From a virus: DNA of 64,000 bases. Below are positions 19,414-28,779 of this stretch, piece after piece. Position numbers and translations under genes: made by a program. The notes under the pieces are model-generated. The model was not told the DNA's origin. It searched no databases and saw nothing but the letters and a program-made list of their open reading frames with translations. The number at the start of each line of letters is the position of its first letter. Positions within the stretch are counted from its first letter, which is position 1. The DNA lies in the IMG/VR virus record IMGVR_UViG_3300023240_001094, positions 9,452 through 73,451 of that record; one strand, 5' to 3'.

Positions 19414-19761
19414 TTAGAAGTTAAAGCCAACACCAACTGTTGCTGTGTCGTATTTAAAATCTTCGTCTGCAGCAACTGTACCATAGAGAGATACCGTTGA
19501 GTTAAGACCGTATGTTGCTTTCGCAGATACACCAGTAAAGTCCATTGAACCACCGTCAGTAAATGCTGCTTCTGCATGCATTTTTGGCTCAATAAGGAAG
19601 CCAGCCATAGAAACTGCGGGGCCGAATTCGATTGCAGTTGTTTCTGCTTCGATATCATATTCCACGTCACCAGCGAAGCCGATGCCTGCACCGAGGTCTG
19701 CCGCGAATGCAGAAGTAGTAAGAGCAAATGTTGCGGCTGTTGCCAAGAGAATTTTTTTCAT
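19414..19761 (-). CDS. small outer-membrane beta-barrel (porin-like) protein
   Basis: Signal MKKILLATAATFALTTSAFA; alternating beta pattern; C-terminal Phe beta-signal VGVGFNF. Confidence 0.8.
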   Translation of the reverse strand: MKKILLATAATFALTTSAFAADLGAGIGFAGDVEYDIEAETTAIEFGPAVSMAGFLIEPKMHAEAAFTDGGSMDFTGVSAKATYGLNSTVSLYGTVAADEDFKYDTATVGVGFNF

Positions 19762-19849
19762 GTTATAGTCCTATTAAATTAAAGTTGTTATGAGCCCGTT
19801 GATTCATTGCAGTGGAACTCATACTGCTAGGCTTCTATCGTTCGCCACG

Positions 19850-20022
19850 GATACGGTTTCTGTTTCTAGGCCACGTATCAGACCCACATGGCTTATGCCG
19901 CTAGGGCAGAACCAAAAGGAGATGCATTTGTGTTTGCATTTAGTAGTTGTGACTGAATAACGTAGGTCAACACGGTAAACTCCATTTCATTTTCACACCT
20001 GTCGATCCTAAATTTCAGCCCC
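19850..20022 (-). ncRNA. ssrA: two-piece tmRNA, coding piece; tag (A)ANTNASPFGSALAA
   Basis: 5' GGGGCTGAAATTTAGGATCGAC; PK1-like CGTG/TACG + TGAC/GTCA; resume codon GCA at 19937, TAA at 19895-19893; 3' end approximate. Confidence 0.92.
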
Positions 20023-20466
20023 ATCATCATTGTTCTTTTTCTTAGCATGAAAGTTTAAACCAGGACTAACTGCCTTTTTACCTTGGCCTCTAATCCAACC
20101 ATCAGGAACATCTGCTCCTTCTTTAAAGCAACTTCTTTGAGTAGGATCACTAGGATTGTGATACCATTTCAAACCTTGTGTAGAACCTTTGCTTCTTGTA
20201 TAGGGTCTGTATTTCATACCCTTACGATTAGCATTGCCTTTAGCCGCACCCTTTTTACCAGATTCGCTTAACATTTCTCTAACCAATTCTTCTTTAGTTA
20301 AGAGACCTGCTAAACCTTGCCAAGCCAATTTATCTTCCCATCTACCATACTTCTCATATAGATTTTTATGCGCTTCTGCATGTTCTTCGATGGTAAGTTC
20401 TACTAAGTTACTTTCTTCGTCTGATCCGCCCAAATGCTTTGGGATGATATGGTGTTTATGTTTCAT
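20008..20466 (-). mobile_element. HNH homing endonuclease within the tmRNA intervening segment
   Basis: HKHHIIPKHLGGSDEESNLVELTIEEHAEAH; KWYHN...PDGWIRG C-terminal module. Confidence 0.9.
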
Positions 20467-20479
20467 TCTAAGCCCTCTT

Positions 20480-20512
20480 ATCTATCCTATTTCTATTTAT
20501 AATAGGATAGAT
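20480..20512 (-). promoter_or_regulatory. 12-bp hairpin enclosing a late promoter upstream of the HNH gene
   Basis: ATCTATCCTATT/AATAGGATAGAT arms; TATAAATA at 20501-20494. Confidence 0.75.
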
Positions 20513-20526
20513 TTCAAGAACAATCA

Positions 20527-20590
20527 TGGTGAAGCTGCTGGGTACCGCCCCCAGGTCCAGAATGTGTCCACGTTGCTTCAACGTTTACAA
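20527..20590 (-). ncRNA. ssrA: two-piece tmRNA, acceptor piece
   Basis: GGACCTGGGGGCGGTACCCAGCAGCTTCACCA (alphaproteobacterial-type T-arm, encoded CCA); GTAAAC and CACAT pair with the coding piece; TGTACA-N17-TAAATT promoter at 20622-20594. Confidence 0.92.
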
Positions 20591-20666
20591 GTTAATTTAT
20601 ACTATTTCGAGCAGTTTGTACACAGCCAATATTATTAATTCATTGGCTGTGTCATTAATGTATCAC

Positions 20667-21188
20667 TTAGAACGGGGCCGAAGTTGCACCGCTGCGATGC
20701 AGAAGCGTGTTATAAAGTGTGTCAATGTTGAAATAAAGGTCTTCAAGTGATCCGTTATTATCAACAATGTAGTCTGTCATCCATGGTTCAATTGTCATGG
20801 ATGACTTTGGTTCTGGAGGAAGATGATCTGAGCGATCGATCCAGATAGTATGATCTACTAGACCTGCATTCACAATACCATGAAATTCGCGTTTGTTTCG
20901 CAGGCCAGCATAGATGTCAGAAATCTCAAAGATTTCTCGTCCAATAGTTGCCGGATCATCTGCACACCGCGCAGCAATAAGATTATACCATTCTGAGCGA
21001 TGAGCACCACGATCTTCGAAGCATTCCTCTACGGTAGTATAACCATATAACGGCGCAAGAACCGGAAACACTGTTTTCTCTGCGTTGTGCATGCTTGATG
21101 ACGCAAACTTAACACCGTATTTCTCTTCTAGATATTCAGCCGCGGTATCTTTACCATGACGAGCATGACCAATAATAATTAGTTTCAT
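20667..21188 (-). CDS. deoxynucleoside monophosphate kinase (gp1-like)
   Basis: MKLIIIGHARHGKDTAA P-loop; DYIVDNNGSLEDL. Confidence 0.82.
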   Translation of the reverse strand: MKLIIIGHARHGKDTAAEYLEEKYGVKFASSSMHNAEKTVFPVLAPLYGYTTVEECFEDRGAHRSEWYNLIAARCADDPATIGREIFEISDIYAGLRNKREFHGIVNAGLVDHTIWIDRSDHLPPEPKSSMTIEPWMTDYIVDNNGSLEDLYFNIDTLYNTLLHRSGATSAPF

Positions 21189-21664
21189 TAATCCCAAGTT
21201 CCATCCCATTTATAAAAAATATGAACACCGTACCTTACTGTCTCATCCATTTGATACGCCCAATGTGGCTTATCAATATAGTCTGCATAGTAAAAAGTAG
21301 CGGAGCCCGTGTTGTCTTCTAAAGTGTTATTATAAACTGCTTCAGCCACTTTGTAAACCTCTGAATAAAGTTCTTTATTGCCTGGTGTGTGGTTTTTCAC
21401 AAGGTGTGTCCATGAAAACTGAAACGGTTCAAATACAACCTCACATACGGTATTTGGCCAGTTGCTATGCGCAACCCTATTCATAGTAACATGAGCAACT
21501 GCGCGTTGCCCTTCAATAGATTCTGATCTAGCTTCAAAATATATGTTCTGTGCCATACATCCAATTTCAGCTGAGTGCTGTTCCTGCTTTGCCGTTGCAG
21601 CAACAGCACCCAGTACAAATATTCCGCCGATCATGACGTTCGATAGTATATTTATTGTCATCAT
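21188..21664 (-). CDS. cell wall hydrolase (SleB/Hydrolase_2 family)
   Basis: CMAQNIYFEARSE, AVAHVTMNRV, QFSW, GVHIFY; N-terminal hydrophobic segment. Confidence 0.92.
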   Translation of the reverse strand: MMTINILSNVMIGGIFVLGAVAATAKQEQHSAEIGCMAQNIYFEARSESIEGQRAVAHVTMNRVAHSNWPNTVCEVVFEPFQFSWTHLVKNHTPGNKELYSEVYKVAEAVYNNTLEDNTGSATFYYADYIDKPHWAYQMDETVRYGVHIFYKWDGTWD

Positions 21665-21743
21665 AGTTCTTACCCTTTGTTAGTACTCTTATAATACATC
21701 ACAAATGTAAAGTAAACAACTAATCATGTTACTACTTTACCTG

Positions 21744-22430
21744 TTACTGATTTGTAACAAACTCATCTACCATCGGGAATACTGTTGCGATTGCCTTAGC
21801 AACTTCCCTTGCAACTTCGATATGCTCTTTCTGTGTTCCATTTCCAGAGCGTAGTTCAATATAGTGGACCCATGAACGAAGTGTGCCATTCATATATATC
21901 TTACTTAGAGTATTGCCTTCTGGGAAAACACATCGTGCTTGTTCCTTAGCAATACCACGTGAGATAGCCCAATCATAAGACTCTCGGGCTTTTTCAATTA
22001 CACTCAGTTGACGTGCTGCCCATTCACGCTGCAATTCCTGATCTTGAGTCTCAACGCTATTCTGGCGATTCTTATGGTCTTGAAGTCGTGCTTCTCTCAG
22101 AACAAAAGAAACATCAAGACTGTCAGGATCGGCATAACGCTGACTGAACTCTTGAAAATAGAAGCTTCTGTGTCGAAGAATTTGGCGTGCAATATCACGT
22201 GTTGTGTCAATACCAATGGTTGCATTACACATTTCAAGTGGTGACCAATGCTTATGTTTAACGAGATATCTAACCAGCTTTTCACCAGACTCGCTGTTGA
22301 ACTGATTAGCCGGGTTAGATACTCTCGCGCAGTAAGCGATGAGCTCAAGAGCATCATCAAAATGCTCTTTAAACTCATCAGCGGGTGCTGGTTGAACTAC
22401 TAGAAATGCCTTTGGTTTCAGGTAATTCAT
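21744..22430 (-). CDS. thyX: flavin-dependent thymidylate synthase
   Basis: HWSPLE, RHRSFYFQEFSQRY, EQAR and TQKEH. Confidence 0.96.
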   Translation of the reverse strand: MNYLKPKAFLVVQPAPADEFKEHFDDALELIAYCARVSNPANQFNSESGEKLVRYLVKHKHWSPLEMCNATIGIDTTRDIARQILRHRSFYFQEFSQRYADPDSLDVSFVLREARLQDHKNRQNSVETQDQELQREWAARQLSVIEKARESYDWAISRGIAKEQARCVFPEGNTLSKIYMNGTLRSWVHYIELRSGNGTQKEHIEVAREVAKAIATVFPMVDEFVTNQ

Positions 22431-22732
22431 GTGATGTCATACTCCGATGCAAGGGCGTTATTCTTTTTCTTGGTTTTTTCAGGGGCAGACTCTGCCATGA
22501 ACCACTGCTTACCTTCAATGCGAATAAAGCGACGATTGGTTTCTTCCCGGTTTGGATTTTCAATTGTAATCATCGTGCGGCGCCCTTTACGGCTGGCGTT
22601 GAGCTGATTAATGAGGCGGTCCCCAGATGCTTTATAATCGGCACGAACCGCTGCCTTTGTTGAGCTGCTCACGCTTGAGTGAACACCCTGTGAAATAAAG
22701 CCCTTAGACTTTCCGCCTTTACCTTTAGCCAT
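22427..22732 (-). CDS. basic hypothetical protein
   Basis: TIENPNREETNRRFIR motif; GGAGA SD. Confidence 0.7.
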   Translation of the reverse strand: MAKGKGGKSKGFISQGVHSSVSSSTKAAVRADYKASGDRLINQLNASRKGRRTMITIENPNREETNRRFIRIEGKQWFMAESAPEKTKKKNNALASEYDIT

Positions 22733-22793
22733 AACTATTCTCCTATATGTGACTAAGTTTATTATATAACGATTTATAAGATTTGTACACTAA

Positions 22794-24161
22794 TTAGATT
22801 TTAAAATCTGAAAATCTTTCTTCCATTTTAGAATTGTCAAAGACTGGTGTATCATTTACCAGATTATCTTCTGCGCCATCAACATCAAAAAGTTTCATCC
22901 GAGATTTGTCAATGCCAATAACAAAGCGCTTATGATTGTTTGGATCATTATAGCGGTTCTTAAGCTGCTTGACCATGATCTGACCTTGTGCTTCCAATTC
23001 TTCATTAGAAACAAGGGCGAACATTAAGTCTGCTGTAGCTGGCAAACCAAAGGACTCGGAAGTATCCTCAAGCCCAGGATCGGAGCTATTGTAGCCAGTA
23101 CGAGTTGTTTGTGTTGCAGAGACGATCGGGAGGTCAAACTCAACAGCAAGGCCACGTAGTTCTTCAGCGATTGCTTTAATGTATGAGTAGCTATTAGTAC
23201 TTCCTCCCATTTTAATGCGCGACGAAGCACAGATATTTAGATAGTCAATAAAGATAATATCTGGGGTAAAGCCCTTTTTGAGTTTCAATTCATTTAAGAG
23301 AGCACGGAAGTGGTTTGCGTTTGCAGAACCAGTTGGATACTCTTTTACAATCAACTTACCATTTGTTTTTGTTTTAAGTTTGCCGATGCGCTCAACAAAA
23401 CTTTCCTTAGATAGCGTTTCAATTTCACCAATCGGAATATCGAGTAGGTTAGCATCAATGCGCTCAGCGATGCGTTCTTCACTCATTTCCATTGTAATGT
23501 ATAATGCGTTTTTACCTTCACACAATGCGCCGGCAGCAACGTGACACATAAACAATGATTTACCAACACCAGTACCAGCCAAAGCGATATTAAGCGATTT
23601 GTTAGCAAGTCCACCCTTTGTAATAATATTGAAATACTCAAGGTCGAATGGAAGCTTTTCTTCCTGTGAATGATAAAACTCATAGCGAGCATCAACATTT
23701 TCAAGATAGTCGTGACCAATGTTTGTATCAAAGGTTACAGCAAGTGCCTTCGTGAGAATATCAGGCAAAGCATTTTTAGTAAGCTCCTTATGCTTACCAT
23801 CAATAATACTGATAGACTCCATTACAGCGTTAAACAGTGCTCTGTCTTGGCACCATTTCTCAGTGTTATTATAAAGCCATTCATCATCAATCTCATCCTT
23901 TTTAAAGATTTCAGGGATGATTTCTACAGCATGACGATAGTGTTCGTCGGACATAGACGGGTTGTTATCCAACTCGATTTTGAATGTTTCGGCCGATGGT
24001 AGCTTATTATATTTCGCAACAAACTTTGCAACTTCTTTAAATAACTGACTATAGACCCCTTCAAAGTATTCTGGTTTAATGAATGGCAATACACGCCGCA
24101 TATATTGCTCATTCACTAAAAGATTGCGTAATACCGTTTGTTCAATATTAGCGTTTATCAT
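22794..24161 (-). CDS. gp41: replicative DNA helicase
   Basis: AGTGVGKS Walker A, IFIDYLNIC, ATQTTR and QLKNRY. Confidence 0.97.
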   Translation of the reverse strand: MINANIEQTVLRNLLVNEQYMRRVLPFIKPEYFEGVYSQLFKEVAKFVAKYNKLPSAETFKIELDNNPSMSDEHYRHAVEIIPEIFKKDEIDDEWLYNNTEKWCQDRALFNAVMESISIIDGKHKELTKNALPDILTKALAVTFDTNIGHDYLENVDARYEFYHSQEEKLPFDLEYFNIITKGGLANKSLNIALAGTGVGKSLFMCHVAAGALCEGKNALYITMEMSEERIAERIDANLLDIPIGEIETLSKESFVERIGKLKTKTNGKLIVKEYPTGSANANHFRALLNELKLKKGFTPDIIFIDYLNICASSRIKMGGSTNSYSYIKAIAEELRGLAVEFDLPIVSATQTTRTGYNSSDPGLEDTSESFGLPATADLMFALVSNEELEAQGQIMVKQLKNRYNDPNNHKRFVIGIDKSRMKLFDVDGAEDNLVNDTPVFDNSKMEERFSDFKI

Positions 24162-24459
24162 CTGATTCCTTTTCCTCCAGTGCTTTCACTGAGTACGTTA
24201 ATATAGATGATAATACATTACTTGCGTGTTCTTGTAAACCAGTATTTTCGTCGGTTAAAGAAAGATCTGGGGAGGAAACAACATCAAAGTTAAACTTTAG
24301 ATATTCATCATCGTCAGACACAGTAAGCTCGCTAAACTTGATGACAGTTTCAGTATAGTCCCCAGTGAGAAGGCGAACGTCCCAATTTTCGCCTTCACTA
24401 GGAACCAATTCATAATCTACATTCTGTTCGAGTAGAATTGTTTCTTCATATGTGTTCAT
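24148..24459 (-). CDS. acidic hypothetical protein (gp40 position)
   Basis: Between uvsX and gp41, overlapping both. Confidence 0.65.
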   Translation of the reverse strand: MNTYEETILLEQNVDYELVPSEGENWDVRLLTGDYTETVIKFSELTVSDDDEYLKFNFDVVSSPDLSLTDENTGLQEHASNVLSSILTYSVKALEEKESDDKR

Positions 24460-25538
24460 TAGTCTTCCTCTGGGTCCGCTGATACAATAGCCGGTTGATC
24501 TACAATAGCATTCATATCAACAAGTGACTCATGGCCAATCTGATATTGCTTTTTAAGGAACTCTTTAAAATCAGTATCCTTCATAATTGGATCCCAGAAT
24601 TCGCCACTGAGAGTATCTTTCTCTCGGCGCTTTGGATCCATAAGCTCACCAGTTTCTTGATCAACTCGGCAATACCAACCAGCGCTTGGTTTAGTGACGT
24701 ATCCGCCAGCCATAGCAGCATCTAGCAGACCGGAGTATTTCTCAACACCACCAGACCATGAAACAGAGATAGGAATCTTAGATTTTTCTTTGACGTAACG
24801 TGATTTTTCAACGTTGATCACAAAGTCATAGCCCATAATCTCAGTGCCTGATTTATTTTGGCGACGACCAAGAATCCAGATGTTGTCGGCTGAGTAGTAA
24901 ATTCCAGTGCCGCCTGAAACAATTGCCTTAGGAAACAGACCAATTTCTTGATATGTGTGGTTGATAGCCAACATCGGAATGTTCTTCATGGCAAGATATG
25001 GAGTAGCCATACGGAACAGGCCTTTAAGAGCTTTTGCGCGCGACATATCCGCTACTGATTTTTCGTTCAGCGCATCTTCCATTTCTTTCTTAGATGCAAG
25101 GTTACCAATAGAGTCAATAACAACAATGACGTTTTCCTTACGGTCAATTGACTCAAGCTGGTTAATCAGGTCAAATTTAAGTTGCTCCACGTTCATGATT
25201 GGTGTGTGAAGAACTCGTGCTGGATCAATACCGAATTGCTTGAAGTACGACTGGGGTGAACCAAATTCCGAGTCATAAAATAGGATAACAGCATCCTTAT
25301 GCTTATCAAGATATGCACCTGCCATAAGCAAAGCAAATGATGTTTTAAAGTGTTTTGACGGACCAGCCAATACTGTAAGGCCTGAGGAAAGTCCACCGTC
25401 ACAGTCACCAGAGAGCGCTACGTTAACCATAGGAACGCTTGTTGGAACTTGATCTTTTTCGTTAAAGAACTTAGATTCAGATAAGATTTCTGTTGTCTTA
25501 AGTGTAGAGTTCTTTTTTAGTTTGTCCATAATTGACAT
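24459..25538 (-). CDS. uvsX: RecA-like recombinase
   Basis: GPSKHFKT, FYDSEFG, DSIGNLASKKE and SGGTGIYYSA. Confidence 0.97.
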   Translation of the reverse strand: MSIMDKLKKNSTLKTTEILSESKFFNEKDQVPTSVPMVNVALSGDCDGGLSSGLTVLAGPSKHFKTSFALLMAGAYLDKHKDAVILFYDSEFGSPQSYFKQFGIDPARVLHTPIMNVEQLKFDLINQLESIDRKENVIVVIDSIGNLASKKEMEDALNEKSVADMSRAKALKGLFRMATPYLAMKNIPMLAINHTYQEIGLFPKAIVSGGTGIYYSADNIWILGRRQNKSGTEIMGYDFVINVEKSRYVKEKSKIPISVSWSGGVEKYSGLLDAAMAGGYVTKPSAGWYCRVDQETGELMDPKRREKDTLSGEFWDPIMKDTDFKEFLKKQYQIGHESLVDMNAIVDQPAIVSADPEED

Positions 25539-25566
25539 TCATCATTCTCCATTAGATAAATTATGT

Positions 25567-26394
25567 TTATTCATATTGTACTTTTTGCTCGATTTCACGC
25601 GAGTCTTTTTCATAGTTCTTGCGGTACTCATTATTGGCTTTAATCACCGCGTCCAATACAGAAAGATCAGGGCAGAAGTTACGAATGGCTGCAGTGTCCT
25701 TAGGGAAGCATGAACCACCATAACCGCGTTTACCATCAAAACCTGGAACCTTCATATGTGAATGTCCGATTCGTGGATCTGATCCAATAGTATTTGAAAT
25801 TACATTGTATCTATCACCGGTATTATCTACCATATCTTTCCACTGATTGAACCATACGACTTTCATAGCAAGAAAAGAGTTAATGCCATACTTAACAAAG
25901 CTTGCTTCACTTGCTGTCATATAATGAACAGGAGCCGGATTACAATTTGAGTTAAACTTGTAGAGGTTTTTAACTCGTTTTGTAAATTCAGGATGGCCAC
26001 CAAGAACGTGGAACTCAGGATTTAGAAACTCGTCAAAGGCATTTCTCTCGGTAAGAAATTCAGGGTTATAAACGAAGCGCTTATATGCACAGATATTTTC
26101 AATGATATCTGGAGTCACTGTAGACTTGATAATAACTGTTCCTGAGGCCATTTGGTGAAGATGTTTAGCCACGGAATTGATGATTGTGTCATCAATTGAA
26201 CCATCAGGTCCCATAGGCGTTGGAACACACACAAATGTAAAGTCGGCACCGAAGTCTTCCATATCATCAATGTTTGAATGACCTTGATACGGATCAACAA
26301 TCATAATTTCATTTGATGAATTACGAAAACCAAATTCAACGGCTTTTCCAACGAAGCCGTATCCAATAATAGCAATTTTGGTAATCTTTTTCAT
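25567..26394 (-). CDS. UDP-glucose 6-dehydrogenase family protein
   Basis: GYGFVG, CVPTP, IKSTV, NPEFL, KYGINSFLAMK, DPRIG and GYGGSCFPKD. Confidence 0.92.
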   Translation of the reverse strand: MKKITKIAIIGYGFVGKAVEFGFRNSSNEIMIVDPYQGHSNIDDMEDFGADFTFVCVPTPMGPDGSIDDTIINSVAKHLHQMASGTVIIKSTVTPDIIENICAYKRFVYNPEFLTERNAFDEFLNPEFHVLGGHPEFTKRVKNLYKFNSNCNPAPVHYMTASEASFVKYGINSFLAMKVVWFNQWKDMVDNTGDRYNVISNTIGSDPRIGHSHMKVPGFDGKRGYGGSCFPKDTAAIRNFCPDLSVLDAVIKANNEYRKNYEKDSREIEQKVQYE

Positions 26395-26531
26395 TAATGC
26401 TTCCCTACAGAAAAAACGCTTATAAGGCGAGAGCCTTCTTCAACAGCACGACGTTTAACCTCACTTACAGTAATACCATGCTCATCTGCTACTGCTTTAT
26501 ATAGTGCATCGATAGCTTCTTTAGTTGACAT
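26394..26531 (-). CDS. small hypothetical protein (45 aa, MSTKEAIDALYKAV...)
   Basis: Fills the gap and overlaps both neighbours; not in the ORF track. Confidence 0.55.
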   Translation of the reverse strand: MSTKEAIDALYKAVADEHGITVSEVKRRAVEEGSRLISVFSVGKH

Positions 26532-27468
26532 TATAATATCCTTTGTACCATGTCATAAATTTCTCGACACCAACCGGTAATGGTGTAGATGGACTATATC
26601 CAAGTTTTCTAATCTTTGCTGTATCGGACCAGGTGTCTTTGGCATCAGCCGGATGCATGTCAGCCAATATACGCTTTGCCTTTTTACCTAGATTAATTTC
26701 GATATGATCAACAAAATCAGTTAGTTTAACCTGCTGTCCATAACCAATATTATATATCATATCTTCAGGATGTACACGTGAAATGGTGTTGTTCACAAGA
26801 ATAACTATACCATTAACGATATCATCGATGTATGTAAAGTCACGAGTCATGTCACCGTGATTGTAGAGCGTGATCGGATTACCCTTTACGATATTATTGG
26901 CAAAGTCAAAGAGTGCCATATCAGGTCGACCCCAGGGTCCGTAGACCGTAAAGAATCGAAGGCCTGTTGTATTTTTAATTTTAGAGCAGGCAAATTGTGA
27001 CTCGTTGGCAACCTTTGTCATAGCATATGGATTAGAAGCTCTACCGACATTGTCATCCTCAGTCCATGGAAGAGGGTTTCCGACCATACAGCTTGATGTC
27101 GAGGCATATAGCACGTGATCTACACCATGCTTAACTGATGCGTTAATAAGATTCTGTGTGCCGGTTACGTTATTATCAATGTATTTTTGAGGATCGGCGA
27201 GCGAGTGTCTCACGCCTGCATAACCAGCCAAATGAATAATCACATCAGGTTTATGATTACCAATATATTCCTCAACAAACTCGGCATCCTTTAAATCACC
27301 ATATGGAACTGAAATAGAAAGTTGATCAGCCCGAGCATATTTTAAAGTCTGGTCATAATAATCATTATAGCTGTCAAATGAGCACACTATATGACCGTCC
27401 TCAATTAAACGGTTAATAACATGAAACCCGATGAATCCCGCACCACCAGTGACTAGTATTTTACTCAT
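26521..27468 (-). CDS. NAD-dependent epimerase, UDP-glucuronate 4-epimerase-like
   Basis: TGGAGFIG, HLAGYAGVRHSL, YAMTK, GLRFFTVYGPWGRPDMA and RDFTYIDDIV. Confidence 0.92.
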   Translation of the reverse strand: MSKILVTGGAGFIGFHVINRLIEDGHIVCSFDSYNDYYDQTLKYARADQLSISVPYGDLKDAEFVEEYIGNHKPDVIIHLAGYAGVRHSLADPQKYIDNNVTGTQNLINASVKHGVDHVLYASTSSCMVGNPLPWTEDDNVGRASNPYAMTKVANESQFACSKIKNTTGLRFFTVYGPWGRPDMALFDFANNIVKGNPITLYNHGDMTRDFTYIDDIVNGIVILVNNTISRVHPEDMIYNIGYGQQVKLTDFVDHIEINLGKKAKRILADMHPADAKDTWSDTAKIRKLGYSPSTPLPVGVEKFMTWYKGYYNVN

Positions 27469-28307
27469 CCAAAGATATCCTCAAGGATAGAAGTTTCAGC
27501 TTGTTTCTTTTTAACAGCGTCTTTATACGCTTTAGACCACTGCACATGACACGCAAGCTGCTTAAGACCTTTCAGTGGACCACTAAGTGCTTCTTTTTCC
27601 TTTAGCTTAATATAATCTGGATAGAGAGCCTGTAGCTTAGTGTGAACTTCATTGATAAGATCAGTTGTTCTATATACTGAACAACCACCCTTTTCATTTG
27701 TGACAGCAACCGTCACACGGAACTTTGTTGAAATACGATTCGCATAACCCTGGGTCAACAACTGAAGATTAGCATCAAAGTCCTGAGCAGTTGGCAAACG
27801 GTCCCAGATAAGATCACGTGGTAAGTTTGCAGAGTCAAAATAGCAATTCGTCATAATACGTGCATTATTCATGATTGGCCAATAGAACTCGGATGGAACA
27901 ACTGTTGAGGTTGCGAAAGCACCATGGTGAATTCCCTCACTCATCCACGTATCAAAATCAGTAAAGGCATCATCAAAATCCTGCGGAGTCATTTCACGCG
28001 TGGCCCATTTAGTTGTAACATTGTCGGCAGGAGTCGCAGGAGCTTTATGTTTAAAATAAATAAGATCATCATCAAGAACCATATGCTTTGTTCCATAAAA
28101 GTTATCCCAGATCCATTGGCGTGTAGGCGATAGCTTGTTTATTTCCTTTGGTAGACGAAGTACTTTATTAGGATAGCGCTCGTTCATTGCATCATATTCA
28201 TGGTCCTGAACAACAAATTGAACCATTGACTTAAATTTGTCAGGCAGGCGGTTATACGTTTTTTGTTTGTCCATACGACCGAGGGTTGGAATGATTAGAT
28301 GTTCCAT
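27465..28307 (-). CDS. GT-A fold DNA glycosyltransferase-like protein
   Basis: IIPTLGR start, MVLDDDL (DxD), QDFDANLQLLTQGY and GGCS, typical of phage base-modifying GTs. Confidence 0.78.
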   Translation of the reverse strand: MEHLIIPTLGRMDKQKTYNRLPDKFKSMVQFVVQDHEYDAMNERYPNKVLRLPKEINKLSPTRQWIWDNFYGTKHMVLDDDLIYFKHKAPATPADNVTTKWATREMTPQDFDDAFTDFDTWMSEGIHHGAFATSTVVPSEFYWPIMNNARIMTNCYFDSANLPRDLIWDRLPTAQDFDANLQLLTQGYANRISTKFRVTVAVTNEKGGCSVYRTTDLINEVHTKLQALYPDYIKLKEKEALSGPLKGLKQLACHVQWSKAYKDAVKKKQAETSILEDIFG

Positions 28308-28741
28308 TCAATAAATTCCCATTTTACATTTGCCTCAGATAGCATCTGAGATGAAAGTTTCCATGATGCCTTCCACTTGTCACTGACATCTTGCAAAGGC
28401 ATTACTACACGCTTTACACCAACCTGAATAACACCTTTAGCACATTCGGAACAAACCGGCAAGCCAGTCACATATAAAGTGCAGCCGTCAAGTGACACAC
28501 CGTTATATGACGCGTTATAGATTAGATTTTGTTCAGCATGTACTATATATCTGTATTTTTCCTCGCGCGTATTGAGGCGCTCTGATGTATCGGCTATTCC
28601 ACGCGGGAAACCGTTAAAGCCCTGTGATAAGACCTGGCCTTTAGATCCAACAGCAACAGCTCCAATTTTACTTGACGGATCTTTTGACCAAGATCCAACC
28701 TCATATGCCAGTTTTAAATAACGCTCATCCCACGTAGTCAT
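28295..28741 (-). CDS. cd: dCMP deaminase
   Basis: SKDPS, GFNGFPRG, HAEQN and PVCSECAK. Confidence 0.94.
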   Translation of the reverse strand: MTTWDERYLKLAYEVGSWSKDPSSKIGAVAVGSKGQVLSQGFNGFPRGIADTSERLNTREEKYRYIVHAEQNLIYNASYNGVSLDGCTLYVTGLPVCSECAKGVIQVGVKRVVMPLQDVSDKWKASWKLSSQMLSEANVKWEFIEWNI

Positions 28742-28779
28742 GATATATTACTCCAATTTATAATACTACTATACAACAT

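Noticed and set aside
19857-19870. CTAGAAACA shared between the tmRNA 3' loop and the endonuclease leader RNA
   Set aside because: Only 9 nt in different structural contexts; insufficient to claim homology
20527-20560. tRNA-like T-arm plus CCA as a stand-alone tRNA
   Set aside because: No D-arm or anticodon arm upstream; the matching 5' acceptor strand lies 500 nt downstream, so it is the permuted tmRNA
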